Assembly (NCBI GenBank): GCA_052033715.1
Contig: JBPOJJ010000001.1
Location: 1,331-65,330 of the forward strand
Length of the DNA stretch: 64,000 nt
Source of the DNA: Patescibacteria group bacterium
GTDB lineage: Bacteria; Patescibacteriota; Minisyncoccia; Phycocordibacterales; CSBR16-119
Reading direction: 5' to 3'
Shown: positions 17,898-27,697 of the stretch, piece by piece
How positions within the stretch are numbered: position 1 is the first letter of the stretch
Layout: the number at the start of each line of letters is the position of its first letter
Program-made: the position numbers and the translations under genes
The notes under the pieces: model-generated
The model's database searches: none
Told to the model about the DNA's origin: nothing
The model's input: only the letters and a program-made list of their open reading frames with translations

Positions 17898-18998
17898 TCA
17901 AGAGTGGATGAGCCGAACGATATCCTTGTAACTAATAAAAAGCATGAGGAGAATAAGAGCGCTAAAACCTACAAAGTTAATCAGATTCAGAACTCGGTAG
18001 CTAACTCTTCCCCCTTTTACCTTCTCGATCAAGAGGAACAGCAACCTTCCCCCGTCGAGCGCCGGAAAAGGAATGAGATTGATAATTCCGAGATTAATCG
18101 AGATCATGGCGGTGAAAGTCATGAGGTACGCGAAGCCCATTTTACTCGCATCACCCACAAGTCCGACAATACCGATTGGTCCCGTAAGTGACGATAGATT
18201 AGCGCCTCCGACAAAAATTCCTTTGACTAACGACCAGAGCGCTTCAGCAATATTTGCAATCATGATGCCGGTGAATTTGAAACTATCGAGCACGGCATTG
18301 GTAAAATTCGGCTTATAGATTCCATAATTTTCAAGAGCCACGCCAAGTAAGATCTCGCCTTCTGCATTGAGTGCGGGCTTTATCTCGATATTTTTCTTTT
18401 CTTCGTCTCTTATGTAGCCGAGATTAAAAGTTTCTTCTGGATTGGCGATGACGAGAGCTCTCAAGGAATCGCTATTTTGAACTTCGAAGTCTTCACCTTT
18501 TACTTGAACTGATTCGATGACATCACCGACGACAAGTCCCGCGACTTCGGCCGGAGAATTTTCTGACACGTCGGTAACGATCGTCATCTGGCCAGAAACA
18601 AAACGCTCATCCATTGATGGATCAATCGATGTCGGAAGTCCGACAAAAAGCGTGACGAGAAGGACAAGCCAAGCAAAAAGAAAATTCATAAAAGGTCCAG
18701 CGAAAAGTACGGCCGCCTGAAGTGGTTTTGATTTGTTTACAAAAGCTGAATTTTTGTGAATACCGGTCAGAGATTCGTCGTCTGGATTTTCGCCGAAAAT
18801 TTTTACGAAACCCCCAAAAGGTAGCCAGTTTAGAGTGAAGTCCGTTCCATTACGACGAAAAAGCGTCTTGGCACGTGGCGGATAACCAAGACCAAATTCA
18901 TCGACTCTAATTCCCCCTTTCTTGGCCACGATAAAATGCCCGTATTCGTGGACGATGATGAGGATTGCTAGGATGATTATGAAAAGTATGACAGACAC
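17898..18998 (-). CDS. rseP: Site-2 zinc metalloprotease RseP
   Basis: HEYGH, LPFGGFV, AGPFMN, PDZ region, NLIPFPALDGG. Confidence 0.95.
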   Translation of the reverse strand: MSVILFIIILAILIIVHEYGHFIVAKKGGIRVDEFGLGYPPRAKTLFRRNGTDFTLNWLPFGGFVKIFGENPDDESLTGIHKNSAFVNKSKPLQAAVLFAGPFMNFLFAWLVLLVTLFVGLPTSIDPSMDERFVSGQMTIVTDVSENSPAEVAGLVVGDVIESVQVKGEDFEVQNSDSLRALVIANPEETFNLGYIRDEEKKNIEIKPALNAEGEILLGVALENYGIYKPNFTNAVLDSFKFTGIMIANIAEALWSLVKGIFVGGANLSSLTGPIGIVGLVGDASKMGFAYLMTFTAMISINLGIINLIPFPALDGGRLLFLLIEKVKGGRVSYRVLNLINFVGFSALILLMLFISYKDIVRLIHS

Positions 18999-19002
18999 AA
19001 AA

Positions 19003-19557
19003 TTATTTACCCATTACGACTGATTCTTTGGCGCCGAAAATTTCTTCGAGACCCGAGTTAGCTTCATCAACCAGGTTTTGGATGCGTTCCTTGGCGCGAA
19101 TTTTTTCGTCTTCAGACATTTCGCCTTCACGAGACATGCGATCAATCTCACGCAGACTGTTCTCACGTTCTTTGCGGATAGTTACACGAGCGTCTTCGAG
19201 TTTCGTTTTCAAAACCTTAACCAACCTCTCGCGAGTCTCGGTCGTGAGCATTGGGAAGATGACTCGTAGACCAGTCGTGTCAATCGCGACCGAAAGCCCA
19301 AGGTCTGATGTGATGATTTCTTTCTCGATTTCTTTGAGTTGTTGCTTGTCCCAAGGCACGACACGTAAAGTTTTTGGATCTTCGATTGAAATAGAAGCGA
19401 CATTTTTGACCGGCTGACGTGTACCATACGAATCAACCATGATGCCGTCTAAGACCATCGGGCTTGCAGCGCCAGTATGGAGCGAGGCGTATTCTTTGGA
19501 GAGCCAATCTTTGGTATTTTTTACGCTGTCTTCGAAGGGTTTGAAATTAAATGACAT
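19003..19557 (-). CDS. frr: Ribosome recycling factor
   Basis: LHTGAASP, VDSYG, PWDK, FPMLTTETR, ARVTIR, SEDE. Confidence 0.94.
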   Translation of the reverse strand: MSFNFKPFEDSVKNTKDWLSKEYASLHTGAASPMVLDGIMVDSYGTRQPVKNVASISIEDPKTLRVVPWDKQQLKEIEKEIITSDLGLSVAIDTTGLRVIFPMLTTETRERLVKVLKTKLEDARVTIRKERENSLREIDRMSREGEMSEDEKIRAKERIQNLVDEANSGLEEIFGAKESVVMGK

Positions 19558-19678
19558 GGGGGTATTGTAGCAAAATTTTTGTTAGTAAAAAAGAAGAGCC
19601 CCGACCTTACGGGGTCGTGGCTCATACTTCTTCGCCAATAGCGAGAAGGGTGGCGCTAGCCAGCAACAAGTTGCTGCA

Positions 19679-20194
19679 CTAACGCCAGGACGTTCGCCAC
19701 GCGCGCGCAGTGCTTGCGGGCGGCAGCATCACGAAGCTCTTGGTGCGATCTGCGGGGCTGTTGTTCTGCAAGCAATTCACCTGGGGGTTGAAGCTGGTGG
19801 CGTTGGCGCCATTTGCGTTCAGGTAATAGTGCGAATTGCCGAGATACAGGCCGCGCGTTGCGGTCACCACGTTCAGGTCCTTGTTCACAGGGCACATGCA
19901 CAAATGATCGATGTTCGCGAAGCGCGGGTGATCATCGAAGATCAGGATCTGCGCGTTGTAGTCGCCCACGGCCACGATCTGGTAGCTCTCGCGGTTCACG
20001 ATCGGGATCACCAGGCGGTCTGCATCGGCGTCGCGCATGGTCACCATCTTCATGCCTTCGTCGATCTGCTCGGTGCGCTGCACCACACGATCGTCGGGCG
20101 GCAGGTTGTTGGTCGGGGTGCACGCGGATGCGGGCGGCGAGGCGGCGAGGAATACAGCAGCGATTGCTGCCAGGTTCATGAAACGCGTATGCAT
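19679..20194 (-). CDS. GC-rich secreted hypothetical protein (orphan cassette D)
   Basis: Signal-like LAAIAAVFLAASPPASA; GC-ending codons; TTGACA-16-TATAAT promoter; terminator 19587-19623. Confidence 0.7.
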   Translation of the reverse strand: MHTRFMNLAAIAAVFLAASPPASACTPTNNLPPDDRVVQRTEQIDEGMKMVTMRDADADRLVIPIVNRESYQIVAVGDYNAQILIFDDHPRFANIDHLCMCPVNKDLNVVTATRGLYLGNSHYYLNANGANATSFNPQVNCLQNNSPADRTKSFVMLPPASTARAWRTSWR

Positions 20195-20249
20195 GTTGCG
20201 AACAGTTTTCTTGTGGCAACATCGCCACAAGGGTTGTAGTTCGTGAATT

Positions 20250-20277
20250 ATTATACACACCCCCAAACACTTGTCAA
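20250..20277 (-). promoter_or_regulatory. Consensus sigma70 promoter of cassette D
   Basis: TTGACA-agtgtttgggggtgtg-TATAAT. Confidence 0.8.
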
Positions 20278-20302
20278 GTCCAAAGTTGCGTGGTGTGTAA
20301 AT

Positions 20303-20971
20303 CTACAGAACTGCGGCCAAATGTTCTAGGAGAATTTTCGGACTTGAGCCCTGGTCGCCAATATATTTTTTGGCGAGATAGATGTCTTTGACTTTATCCT
20401 TGTCGGCCATCGTACCGCTCTTCCCCAATTCTTCTTCGAGTAGACTTAGAAAGTTTAGTGATTGTTCTTTTAGCATAACTTTCGATTCGATGTCAGTAAA
20501 CTTTTTCAAAAAATCGAGTCTGGATTTTATATTTGATTTCAAAAAGACTTTGGCGTCTTTCTTCAGGGACTCGTGCGGCGCGTATTCTCCGATAGTTCCG
20601 AGGAGTCTGGAACGAAGAGTTGGATAAAGTTTCGTCGACTCCGGCATAATGACGAAGATGACGACGCCTGGGCGTGGCTCTTCGAAGACTTTCAGAAGCG
20701 CGTTTTGGGCCGGATACGAAAACATCCGAGTTTTTAAAATGATGATTTTCTTTTTACCAAATTCCGAAACTGATTCACTTTGAAAATCCTTGATCTCGCG
20801 CGCGTGATCAATTAGAAGATTTTCGTATTCTTTTATAAAAATGTCTGGATTCCCGAGAGTTGGAATTTCCAAACGCTCGAGCGCTAAAATTAATTCTTTG
20901 AAAGAAAGCTCGACATCACCTTCGATGAGATATGCGTGATGTTCGAAACCATTTTTCAATAAATCTTGCAT
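20303..20971 (-). CDS. holB: DNA polymerase III delta-prime-like clamp loader subunit
   Basis: HHAYLIEG, NPD, AQNALLKVFEEP, PTLRSR. Confidence 0.8.
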   Translation of the reverse strand: MQDLLKNGFEHHAYLIEGDVELSFKELILALERLEIPTLGNPDIFIKEYENLLIDHAREIKDFQSESVSEFGKKKIIILKTRMFSYPAQNALLKVFEEPRPGVVIFVIMPESTKLYPTLRSRLLGTIGEYAPHESLKKDAKVFLKSNIKSRLDFLKKFTDIESKVMLKEQSLNFLSLLEEELGKSGTMADKDKVKDIYLAKKYIGDQGSSPKILLEHLAAVL

Positions 20972-20972
20972 G

Positions 20973-21986
20973 CTATCTCTTTGAAATAATCGAACGTTTG
21001 TAAATGTCGAGATGATCAAGCGCGACACCGGTACCGCGAACGACGCAATAGAGCGGTTCGTCAGCCAGACGCGCCTTCACACCAGTTTTCTGATAAATAA
21101 GTTCTGGTAGATTTCGAAGCAAGGATGATCCACCTGTGAGAATTATACCTTGATCAATGATATCCGATGCGAGCTCTGGCGGAGTTTCTTGGAGGACGTC
21201 TTTGATAGCCTTGATAATAGCGCGAAGTTCTTTGTCGATCGCTTTGACAATATCATTCGTCGAAACTTGCGCCGTGCGCGGAAGTCCCTGGACGAAGTCA
21301 CGGCCTTTGATTGTCGCAAGTAACGGTTCTTCCATAGTCACGGCTGAGCCAATTTTTATTTTGACTTGTTCGGCCGTTCTGTCGCCAATCGCTAGGTTAA
21401 AAGTTTTCTTGATAAAGTCCGCAATCGCGAGGTCAATTTTATCTCCGGCCACTTTGACCGAAGTACAAGCTACAATTCCGCCAAGACAAATCACGGCCAC
21501 ATCAGTTGTGCCACCACCAATGTCGACAATCATGTGACCCTTGGATTCATAAATTGGAATTCCCGCGCCGATGGCTGCAAGAATTGGTTCTTTGACGATG
21601 TAAGCATTTTTGGCGCCAGCCTTGATTGTCGCTTCGACAACCGCGCGACGTTCAGTCGAAGTGACTCCAGCCGGAACCGAGACCATCACATCCGGTTTCC
21701 AAAGAGAGAAACTCCCCATAGCTCTCTGGATAAAATATTTGAGCATTGCCTCAGTCATGCGGTAATCAGCAATCACACCGTCTTTCATTGGTCGATGCGC
21801 GACAATGTTTTCGGGGGTTCGTCCGATCATTTGTTTAGCAGCGTCACCGATAGCCAAAATGCGATTGTCTTGTTCCGAAACAGCTACAACCGACGGTTCG
21901 TTCAAAACGACACCTTTGCCAGGAACATATACCAGGATGTTAGCCGTGCCCAAATCCACTCCGATTTTCTTGGAAAAAAATGCCAT
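20973..21986 (-). CDS. mreB: Rod shape-determining protein MreB
   Basis: GVDLGTAN, EPSVVA, PMKDGVIAD, DIGGGTT, LTGGSSLL. Confidence 0.97.
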   Translation of the reverse strand: MAFFSKKIGVDLGTANILVYVPGKGVVLNEPSVVAVSEQDNRILAIGDAAKQMIGRTPENIVAHRPMKDGVIADYRMTEAMLKYFIQRAMGSFSLWKPDVMVSVPAGVTSTERRAVVEATIKAGAKNAYIVKEPILAAIGAGIPIYESKGHMIVDIGGGTTDVAVICLGGIVACTSVKVAGDKIDLAIADFIKKTFNLAIGDRTAEQVKIKIGSAVTMEEPLLATIKGRDFVQGLPRTAQVSTNDIVKAIDKELRAIIKAIKDVLQETPPELASDIIDQGIILTGGSSLLRNLPELIYQKTGVKARLADEPLYCVVRGTGVALDHLDIYKRSIISKR

Positions 21987-22027
21987 GTAGGAGGAGTATA
22001 GCATTTTTAGGCTTAAGCTAAATACCC

Positions 22028-22056
22028 TTGACTTTTACTGATACATATGTTACTAT
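22028..22056 (+). promoter_or_regulatory. Sigma70 promoter of cassette E
   Basis: TTGACT-17-TACTAT with extended TG. Confidence 0.7.
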
Positions 22057-22106
22057 TTAGGCAACCTTTAGCTCACGTCAGGTTGACCTGACACAACACA
22101 AACCAC

Positions 22107-22343
22107 ATGAAAACTGGACCCCGCATCCTCGTCACTGCCCTCCTCGTGATCTCCCTGATCGGCTTCACCGGTGCCTACCGCAAGTTGAACGGACTGGAAC
22201 GCAACACGGGCTACGTAGCCCTGCACCATCCGGAAGCGTTCGCCAAGATGCACGCCGGTGATGGCATGATGTGCCTGTACATCGCAAGCGGATTCCTGCT
22301 GTTGGCCGCCGGCTTCGGATTGTTCCACAAGAAGCTGGTCTGA
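22107..22343 (+). CDS. Small two-TM membrane protein (orphan cassette E)
   Basis: Two hydrophobic segments; leader ACAACACAAACCAC-ATG; terminator 22359-22394. Confidence 0.7.
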   Translation: MKTGPRILVTALLVISLIGFTGAYRKLNGLERNTGYVALHHPEAFAKMHAGDGMMCLYIASGFLLLAAGFGLFHKKLV

Positions 22344-22392
22344 ACGACCACACCACTCGAAGAGCCCACCTGGCCTTCGGGTGGTTTCTTTT

Positions 22393-23649
22393 TTACAAAA
22401 TATTTTCTTTATAAACTTTCTCCATCGTCATTCCTCGCGAACCCTTGATGAGGATTAGAGCATTTTCGATTTTACTTTGTTTCAAATATTCTATGATTTC
22501 GTCTACTGTTCTAAAAATATTTTCATCTTTTTTGAGTTTAAAGAATTCTTCTCCGGCAAAATACGATTCGAATTTCAATTCTTTCACAATATCTAATACT
22601 CTTTGGTGTTCTTCTGGAGCATACTCGCCCATATCGAACATGTCCCCCAATATTACGACTTTTTTCTTATCAGTTTTTATTTTTGCAAAGTTTTCAAGTG
22701 CGAGACGCATGCTTTCGGGATTGGCATTGTACGCATCGAGGATTATTTCATTTTTATCTGTCACGACTTTCTGTGAGCGATTGTTGGTCGGCTCGTAAGA
22801 AGCAATTGCTTCGGCCATTTTATCCGCCGGCACGCCGAAATGTTTGCCAATCGTAAACGCTGCGCGGATGTTTTCGAGATTATAATCCCCTACAAACCTG
22901 GTTTGGATCACTTCTTCACCAATTTTTACTCGAAGATACTCCCCGCCCTCTAACACTACGCCATCAACATATTCTATATTCTCTAATTCGTGCGAATGAG
23001 AGACCAATAATTCGTCATGAGGATTTAGGAAATTTTGCCCACCATCTAGTTTGAAATAGTCATAGAGTTCAAGTTTGGCCTTGATACAATTTTCGAGTCC
23101 GCCGAATTCGCCGATGTGATCTTTGCCGATGTTCGTGATAAGCCCGAAATTCGGCTTGGCAATTTCGGTAAGCATCGCAATTTCACCGACATGATTATCT
23201 CCCATCTCTACGACTGCTATTTCGTGTTCGGGCTTGATTGCGAGAATCGTCATTGGTACACCGACATGATTGTTGAAACTTGCAGGACTCGCCAAAACGT
23301 TAAATTTTTTCGCAAGAACGGTTCTTGCGAGTTCTTTAGTTGTCGTTTTACCATTACTGCCTGTAATTGCAATAATCGGAATTTGTAGATTATCTCTGTG
23401 TATCCGAGCAAAGTCTTGCAAAGCTTTGGTCGAGTCAGACACGAATACACCCCTATCCATCGGCATGTCAGAATTTTCGGAGACAATAAAACTCGCGCCT
23501 TTCTCCAGTGCCTCGTTTATAAATTGATTCCCATCAAAATTTTCTCCACGAAGCGCAAAGAAAATATCACCCGGTGAAATTTTCCGAGTATCGGTCGAAA
23601 TATTTAAATTCTTCTCGAGAAAAATTTTGTAAAGTTCATCTAATGTCAT
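22393..23649 (-). CDS. murF: UDP-MurNAc-tripeptide--D-Ala-D-Ala ligase
   Basis: TGSNGKTTTKE, FNNHVGVP, DAYNANP, LGDM, KGSRG. Confidence 0.96.
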   Translation of the reverse strand: MTLDELYKIFLEKNLNISTDTRKISPGDIFFALRGENFDGNQFINEALEKGASFIVSENSDMPMDRGVFVSDSTKALQDFARIHRDNLQIPIIAITGSNGKTTTKELARTVLAKKFNVLASPASFNNHVGVPMTILAIKPEHEIAVVEMGDNHVGEIAMLTEIAKPNFGLITNIGKDHIGEFGGLENCIKAKLELYDYFKLDGGQNFLNPHDELLVSHSHELENIEYVDGVVLEGGEYLRVKIGEEVIQTRFVGDYNLENIRAAFTIGKHFGVPADKMAEAIASYEPTNNRSQKVVTDKNEIILDAYNANPESMRLALENFAKIKTDKKKVVILGDMFDMGEYAPEEHQRVLDIVKELKFESYFAGEEFFKLKKDENIFRTVDEIIEYLKQSKIENALILIKGSRGMTMEKVYKENIL

Positions 23650-24944
23650 ACAACCAATTCTTCAGCCAATAAATTCGTTTTGCCGGCGCCGACGGTCGCC
23701 ACAACCCAATTCTCGTCTGTCGTGTCGCTCACGATTTTCTTGACCTCGTCAAAATCTGAAACGGTCTCGGCAATATTTTTAAGTTTGTTTATCCCCGCCA
23801 CCAAATCTGCCGAAGAAATGTTTTGTTCTTCTTCATCGCGCGCCTTGAAAATCGGCAGAATCAAGACTTTGTCAAAGCCAGCAAGCGATTCGGCAAACTC
23901 ATCCAAAAAATCTTTGGTGCGGGACATCATGTGTGGCTGGAAAATTGCCATTATCTTCTTATCCACAAATTTTTCTCGAGCACCAGAGTAAAATGCTTTG
24001 ATCTCAGTCGGATGATGAGCATAGTCGTCATAAACTTCCGTACTCGTCTTCGTCTTGCCTTTGTATTCAAATCTTCGCCACACGCCACCAAAGCTCCGCA
24101 GGGAGTCCTCTACTTTTTCTTTCTCGGCGCCAAGAATTTCTAAAACTGAAATCGCCACACGAGCATTGTTTAAATTGTGCTCGCCTGGCATTTTTTCTAA
24201 TTTAAAATTAGACAAATCAAAATCTTTGTAATCAACTACTTTTGCCGAAATTCCCTCGACAACTTCGCGAACAACTTCGCTAGATAGATCCGTAACCACA
24301 AAACCGTTTTCTGGAACACGTTCTGCAAGTTCTCGAAAAGCGCTTTTGATATCCGCCAAGTCTTTGTAATAATCCAAATGATCGGCTTCAATGTTGTTGA
24401 TGACGAGGATATATGGATGTAAATTTAGGAATGATCGACGATACTCACAGCCCTCGACAACAAAATATTCACTTTTGCCTGGCAAGAAATTGCTCTTCCA
24501 TTCTTTCAAGAAACTTCCGACGATAACAGTCGGATCGAAACCCAGATCTTTCATCGCCTTTGCTATCATCGAGGTCGTCGTGGTCTTACCATGAGTACCC
24601 GTGACCGCGATGGTTTTTTTATTTTTGGAAATTATTGCTAGCGTTTCAGGATAAGACACGATTAGCAAATTTCTTTTTTTCGCCTCAACCATTTCCGGAT
24701 TGTCATCGGCAATCGCAATCGTGTACACGACTAAATCAGTTTCGGGTGAAATATTTTCAGCCGAAGCACCGATTTCGATTTGAACGCCCAAGTCTCGCAA
24801 AGCTTCTGTGACCATCGACTCGCTAATATCTGAGCCGGAAACTTTTTTCCCCTCGCCCAGAAACATCTGAGCTACGGCCGAAATGCCAATTCCGCCAACG
24901 CCAATGAAATGTATTTTTTTAAATTTGTCGAAATTTTCTATCAT
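23646..24944 (-). CDS. murC: UDP-MurNAc--L-alanine ligase
   Basis: GVGGIGISA, GTHGKTTT, DHLDYY, DDYAHHPTE, FQPH. Confidence 0.96.
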   Translation of the reverse strand: MIENFDKFKKIHFIGVGGIGISAVAQMFLGEGKKVSGSDISESMVTEALRDLGVQIEIGASAENISPETDLVVYTIAIADDNPEMVEAKKRNLLIVSYPETLAIISKNKKTIAVTGTHGKTTTTSMIAKAMKDLGFDPTVIVGSFLKEWKSNFLPGKSEYFVVEGCEYRRSFLNLHPYILVINNIEADHLDYYKDLADIKSAFRELAERVPENGFVVTDLSSEVVREVVEGISAKVVDYKDFDLSNFKLEKMPGEHNLNNARVAISVLEILGAEKEKVEDSLRSFGGVWRRFEYKGKTKTSTEVYDDYAHHPTEIKAFYSGAREKFVDKKIMAIFQPHMMSRTKDFLDEFAESLAGFDKVLILPIFKARDEEEQNISSADLVAGINKLKNIAETVSDFDEVKKIVSDTTDENWVVATVGAGKTNLLAEELVV

Positions 24945-26266
24945 AAACTTTTGACCGCCATGTCGAACTGATCTCCTCGATCGAATTCGTTTTTGAAAAG
25001 CCCAAACGAAGCAAAGGCCGGTGACATGACAATAGTATCACCGCTTCCGGCATTTTTTAAAGCTTCCGTCACAGCCTCGCTCATATTTGAAACCATGACT
25101 GGATCAAATAAGAAACTTTTTACTTTATCGCTACCGCTACCTGGCAAGAGAATTATTTTTGCGACTTTTTCTTTGATCACTGGAAAAAGTTCATCCATAA
25201 AAAGTCCCTTGTCCGCGCCTCCCATAATTAAAATTAACTTTTTGTCCGGTGAATAAAGCGCCTTGATAGCGTTAATTGTCGCAATCGGGGTTGTAGCCGT
25301 CGTGTCGTTGTAAATTTTTACGTCATTAAACACACGTGCGAGCTCAAGACGCCCAGAAACACCAGAGAAGTTTTTTAAAGAAGTTTTTATAGAGCCTTTC
25401 TCCACACCCATTATTTCTGCCACCTTGGCGGCCAGCGCCGCGTTTATTCTATTGTGTTCGCCAGGAATTTGTAAATCAAAGTCTGGTAGAAAATCATTTA
25501 TTGATATCTCAAACTTCGTTGCTGCTGCTGCCCTTATGTCTTCTTTGAAATTTTCTGGAATATCCACGCCAAAAATCAAAAAGTCTTCTGGTTTCTGATT
25601 CTTGTAAATCAAGGCCTTATCAGTAAAATATAAATCTTTGTCGTCTTTGTAATAGTTGAGATGGTCATCATAGAAATTCGTAAACACCGCAATGTTGGGA
25701 CTCATGTTCAAATCCCCAAATCCCTGGAGTTGCCACGATGAAAGTTCCATGAGAACAATGTCGCCCTCGTGCACATTTTCAAGGAGAGGAAGCGTAGCCA
25801 TGCCACGGATATTGCCGCCAAGCAAATATTTCTTGTCAGAGTTTTTCAAGACCGCCTCGATCATCATCGTCGTTGTCGTCTTGCCACGCGTACCGGTCAC
25901 GCCAATAGTCGTAATCTTCGGCGCCAAATGCACAAAAAGCGCTTCATCCATGTAGACTGGTACATTATTTTTCTTAGCGTGTTCTATATATACAGAATCG
26001 AGTGGCACCCCGGCGGCTTTCAGAATAAAATCACGATTTTCAAAATCTTCCAAGCGGTGTTCGCCGAGTGTGAGTTTGATATTTGTAAAATCTTTAATCT
26101 CATCGAGTGATGTTTGAAGCTCTTCGGCAGACTTAAGATCCGTAACCAAAACTTCTTTACAATATTTCGCCAAAAATTTCACATCGTTAATTCCTCGACC
26201 CAAAAGTCCGAGACCCATGACTGTAACTTTTTTCTCAGCGAAAAAATTTTCAAAATCTTTTTTCAT
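24941..26266 (-). CDS. murD: UDP-MurNAc-L-Ala--D-glutamate ligase
   Basis: TGTRGKTTT, ELSSWQL, DHLNYY, GGADKG, SPAFASF..FKNEFDRG. Confidence 0.95.
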   Translation of the reverse strand: MKKDFENFFAEKKVTVMGLGLLGRGINDVKFLAKYCKEVLVTDLKSAEELQTSLDEIKDFTNIKLTLGEHRLEDFENRDFILKAAGVPLDSVYIEHAKKNNVPVYMDEALFVHLAPKITTIGVTGTRGKTTTTMMIEAVLKNSDKKYLLGGNIRGMATLPLLENVHEGDIVLMELSSWQLQGFGDLNMSPNIAVFTNFYDDHLNYYKDDKDLYFTDKALIYKNQKPEDFLIFGVDIPENFKEDIRAAAATKFEISINDFLPDFDLQIPGEHNRINAALAAKVAEIMGVEKGSIKTSLKNFSGVSGRLELARVFNDVKIYNDTTATTPIATINAIKALYSPDKKLILIMGGADKGLFMDELFPVIKEKVAKIILLPGSGSDKVKSFLFDPVMVSNMSEAVTEALKNAGSGDTIVMSPAFASFGLFKNEFDRGDQFDMAVKSL

Positions 26267-27696
26267 GATAAAAATTCTTTCAAAACTTCTAAATCAGAAA
26301 AATGACTTTTGACCCCAGCAATATCCTGATAATCTTCATGGCCCTTGCCGGCCACCAGAACAATGTCGCCAGATTCGGCGATCTCGACCGCACGCTTAAT
26401 GGCTTCACGACGATCTAAAATTATCTCGACGTTTGTTTTATCTTTTATGCTGGACAAAATATCGGTGACAATGTCTTCCGGGCGTTCACTTCGTGGGTTG
26501 TCTGATGTCACAATCGTGTAATCGCCCAAGCGTGTCGCGATATCCCCCATTACTGGTCTCTTGGTTTTGTCTCGATCTCCCCCAGCGCCAAAAACCGTTA
26601 TGACTTTTCCTGTTTTGAAACTATTCGTCGTCTTTAGTACGTTTTCAAGGGCGTCCGGAGTATGCGCGTAGTCAACGATCCCGAAAACTCCAGACTTCCC
26701 GATGATTTTCTCCATTCGACCGCGAGCCCCCTCGAGTTTGGAAATAGCTGACACGACATCTTCGACTTTGGCACCAAGTGTTGTCGCGGTCGCGAATATT
26801 GCCGCAATGTTGTAAGCATTAAATTCTCCAACAAGCGATGTAACGACCGCCGTATCATTTATGACAAGCTCCAGGCCTTCGGCCGAAGACTTCTTGGTCG
26901 CGAAGACAAAGTCCGCGGCCGCGTGACCATATGAAAGCCTCTTGGCGCGAGTATCCGCGACCATAAAACTCCCGCGATTGTCATCGGAATTGTAGAGGGC
27001 AAAAGATTGCTGCGACAAATTATCGAAAAATGCTTTTTTGACTTTGGCATATTCATCTAGTGTTTGATGATAATCCAAATGGTCTTGGGTCAAGTTCGTA
27101 AAAATCCCACCAGTAAAATCAATTCCGGCAATTCTTTTCTGATCAATGGCGTGCGAGCTGACCTCCATAAAACAATATTCCGTTCCCGCTTCACGCATTC
27201 TGGCCAAGTTTTCCTGGATTTGAATCGCGTCACCCGTAGTATGTGTAGCAGAAAAAACTTTTCCACCTATAATATTTTCAACGGTTGATAAAAGTCCGGA
27301 CCGACAACCCAGACTCGTGAAAAGTAGGTAAAGCATCGTCGCAATCGTCGTCTTACCATTCGTGCCAGTAACGCCCACGATTTTCATTTTTAAATCAGTG
27401 TTTCCAAAAAAGTTTTTAGTCGCGAGTCCAACAATTTCATTTGTATTTTTAACCCGAATATAAGTAACTTCCGGATTTAAATTCTCTGGCAATCTTTCAC
27501 AAACAATTATCTTCGCCCCGAGTTCGATCGCAGTATCGACGAAGGCATGCCCGTCAACCTTTGTTCCTGATACGGCAAAGAAAAGACTTCCGGGTTTTAT
27601 ATTTCTCGAATCAATAGACAAATACTCCACCGCCACATCCGTTGGGCCGATGGTTTCCAAGACTTCGATATTGTTTAAAATTTCATTTAATTTCAT
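26263..27696 (-). CDS. murE: UDP-MurNAc-dipeptide--meso-DAP ligase
   Basis: TGTNGKTT, MEVSSH, DHLDYH, DYAHTPD, DNPR (DAP-type), AGKGHE. Confidence 0.96.
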   Translation of the reverse strand: MKLNEILNNIEVLETIGPTDVAVEYLSIDSRNIKPGSLFFAVSGTKVDGHAFVDTAIELGAKIIVCERLPENLNPEVTYIRVKNTNEIVGLATKNFFGNTDLKMKIVGVTGTNGKTTIATMLYLLFTSLGCRSGLLSTVENIIGGKVFSATHTTGDAIQIQENLARMREAGTEYCFMEVSSHAIDQKRIAGIDFTGGIFTNLTQDHLDYHQTLDEYAKVKKAFFDNLSQQSFALYNSDDNRGSFMVADTRAKRLSYGHAAADFVFATKKSSAEGLELVINDTAVVTSLVGEFNAYNIAAIFATATTLGAKVEDVVSAISKLEGARGRMEKIIGKSGVFGIVDYAHTPDALENVLKTTNSFKTGKVITVFGAGGDRDKTKRPVMGDIATRLGDYTIVTSDNPRSERPEDIVTDILSSIKDKTNVEIILDRREAIKRAVEIAESGDIVLVAGKGHEDYQDIAGVKSHFSDLEVLKEFLS

Positions 27697-27697
27697 A

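Noticed and set aside
19656-20270. Several overlapping alternative ORFs in cassette D
   Set aside because: Expected in GC-rich DNA; only 19679-20194 has a signal peptide and GC-ending codon pattern.
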